Below, piece by piece: positions 62,521-64,000 of a stretch of 64,000 bases of DNA. This DNA is from an uncultured delta proteobacterium. Its GTDB lineage: Bacteria > Desulfobacterota > Desulfobacteria > Desulfobacterales > QNYZ01. A program made the translations under genes and the position numbers. Every line of letters starts with the position of its first letter. Position 1 is the stretch's first letter. The DNA is taken from positions 544,001-608,000 of the forward strand of contig CAWJQU010000005.1 of the NCBI GenBank assembly GCA_963845145.1, written 5' to 3'. The notes under the pieces were generated by a model. It ran no database searches. It worked only from the letters and a program-made list of their open reading frames with translations, and had not been told where the DNA came from.

Positions 62521-63362
62521 ACGAAAAAAAAATACCCTTTGATCCTGCCTCCGATGGCGCCCAAATGACATTCGACGGGCGCATGGCATATGGGAATTAC
62601 CTCGCGTTGGACAAATTGTTAAACGCCCAAAAGCCACTCTCCAAGGCCCACGATGAGATGCTGTTCATCATTCAGCATCAAACAACGGAACTGTGGATGA
62701 AACTGGCGATACACGAATTGCACGAGGTCAAAAAGCGAATGGGTACCGACGATCTGGCGCCGGCATTTAAACTGTTGGCCCGTGTCATCCGAATTTTTGA
62801 TCAGCTCAATCAGGCCTGGCAGGTCTTGCGGACCATGACACCCTCCGACTATACCACGTTTCGCGAAGACCTGGGTCAAGCCTCCGGTTTCCAATCCTAT
62901 CAATACCGAGCCATCGAGTATTTGGCGGGTAATAAAAACGCCGCCATGCTGCGACCCCATGAACATCTTCCCGAAGTGCATCGCCGGCTTAAAGTGTTGC
63001 TAAACGAGACCAGCCTCTATGATGAGGCGATCAAACTGCTGTCTCGCAATGGTTTTGCCATTGACGACGATGTGCTCAATCGGGATTTTAGCGGGCCCTA
63101 CGTTCCAAACGACTCTGTCCAGAATGCCTGGATTGCTGTTTACCAAGACCCTGAAAAATACTGGTCTTTATATAATCTGGCCGAAAAGCTGATAGATTTT
63201 GAAGATTACTTTCGGCGGTGGCGCTTCAACCATGTCACCACGGTGGAACGTATCATCGGATCGAAGCGCGGTACGGGCGGAACCTCCGGGGTCCCGTATC
63301 TGCGACGCATGCTGGACGTCGTTCTCTTTCCGGAGCTATGGTCGCTTAGGGGCAGCCTGTGA
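62517..63362 (+). CDS. kynA: Tryptophan 2,3-dioxygenase
   Basis: [26 protein letters not shown] and [21 protein letters not shown]. Confidence 0.96.
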   Translation: MNEKKIPFDPASDGAQMTFDGRMAYGNYLALDKLLNAQKPLSKAHDEMLFIIQHQTTELWMKLAIHELHEVKKRMGTDDLAPAFKLLARVIRIFDQLNQAWQVLRTMTPSDYTTFREDLGQASGFQSYQYRAIEYLAGNKNAAMLRPHEHLPEVHRRLKVLLNETSLYDEAIKLLSRNGFAIDDDVLNRDFSGPYVPNDSVQNAWIAVYQDPEKYWSLYNLAEKLIDFEDYFRRWRFNHVTTVERIIGSKRGTGGTSGVPYLRRMLDVVLFPELWSLRGSL

Positions 63363-64000
63363 GGGATCTTCCCATACGGCAAATCATAGATATTTCACCC
63401 ACCCTAAAGCCCGGTATCGCCGTTTTTCCCGGTGACACGCCGTTTGAGTACAAAGATACGCTAACCATCGGCCCCGATTGCCCGGTCAATGTTACCGCAA
63501 TCTCCACGACTACCCACTGTGGTGCCCATGCCGATGCACCGCGCCACTATGCAAACGAGGGTGCTTCCGTGGATCAGCTGTCCTTGAATGATTTTATCGG
63601 ACCGGCGCGGGTCATCGATGCACGCGGTGGGGAATCACTTTGCCAACCGAACGATATCGAACCCTTTCTGGATTCCGTGCCCGCACGGGTTTTATTGCGC
63701 CTCGAAGATGAATGGGACCCCATGTCTTGGCGGGATGATTTCCGTTCTTTATCGCCGCAGACCGTCGAGCTTTTTTACAAAAAAGGGGTGCGTCTGATCG
63801 GCGTGGATGTCCCCTCCGTGGATCCGGCAAACTCAAAAACACTGCCCGCCCACAAGGTCTTTTTGCGCCGGGATATGCGAAACCTGGAGGGACTGGTATT
63901 AAGCCACGTCACACCGGGAGACTATGAGCTGGTCGCATTGCCCCTAAAGCTGGCCGAGCTCGACGCGGCGCCGGTCAGGGCCATATTGAGAACGTTAGAG
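63359..64000 (+). CDS. kynB: Kynurenine formamidase (cyclase family); runs off the right edge
   Basis: GTG 63359 overlaps the kynA stop; DISP...[28 protein letters not shown] and LPLKL...DAAPVRA. Confidence 0.92.
   Translation, partial: MRDLPIRQIIDISPTLKPGIAVFPGDTPFEYKDTLTIGPDCPVNVTAISTTTHCGAHADAPRHYANEGASVDQLSLNDFIGPARVIDARGGESLCQPNDIEPFLDSVPARVLLRLEDEWDPMSWRDDFRSLSPQTVELFYKKGVRLIGVDVPSVDPANSKTLPAHKVFLRRDMRNLEGLVLSHVTPGDYELVALPLKLAELDAAPVRAILRTLE

Overview
Chromosomal window, most likely from a Desulfobacterales-type sulfate reducer. The taxonomy is inferred from gene content and intergenic repeat style, not from a database search. Housekeeping genes (glnE, lnt, prfB with its programmed frameshift, glyA, nfo, typA, a DegP-type protease, putA) are interleaved with accessory genes and many short gene relics. 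The best candidate for an undescribed system is a LysR-controlled 9-gene operon at ~34.9-46.4 kb. It encodes two phytoene-desaturase-like FAD enzymes around a small protein, an SDR, three paralogous two-domain NIPSNAP-like proteins, an aldehyde:ferredoxin oxidoreductase and a split PEP-synthase/phenylphosphate-synthase-like kinase pair, but no UbiD carboxylase. Other oddities: a FadR regulator fused to a CX5R phosphatase, an O2-dependent kynUAB tryptophan pathway, an S1P-lyase-like enzyme, a 158-bp palindromic element where pqiC is expected, an exact 30-bp piece of nfo copied upstream of glyA, and a GGTTGGATACCA repeat array. Single-base frameshifts in aor, the DegP-type gene and putA may be sequencing errors. 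I recognised no rRNA, tRNA or CRISPR array.
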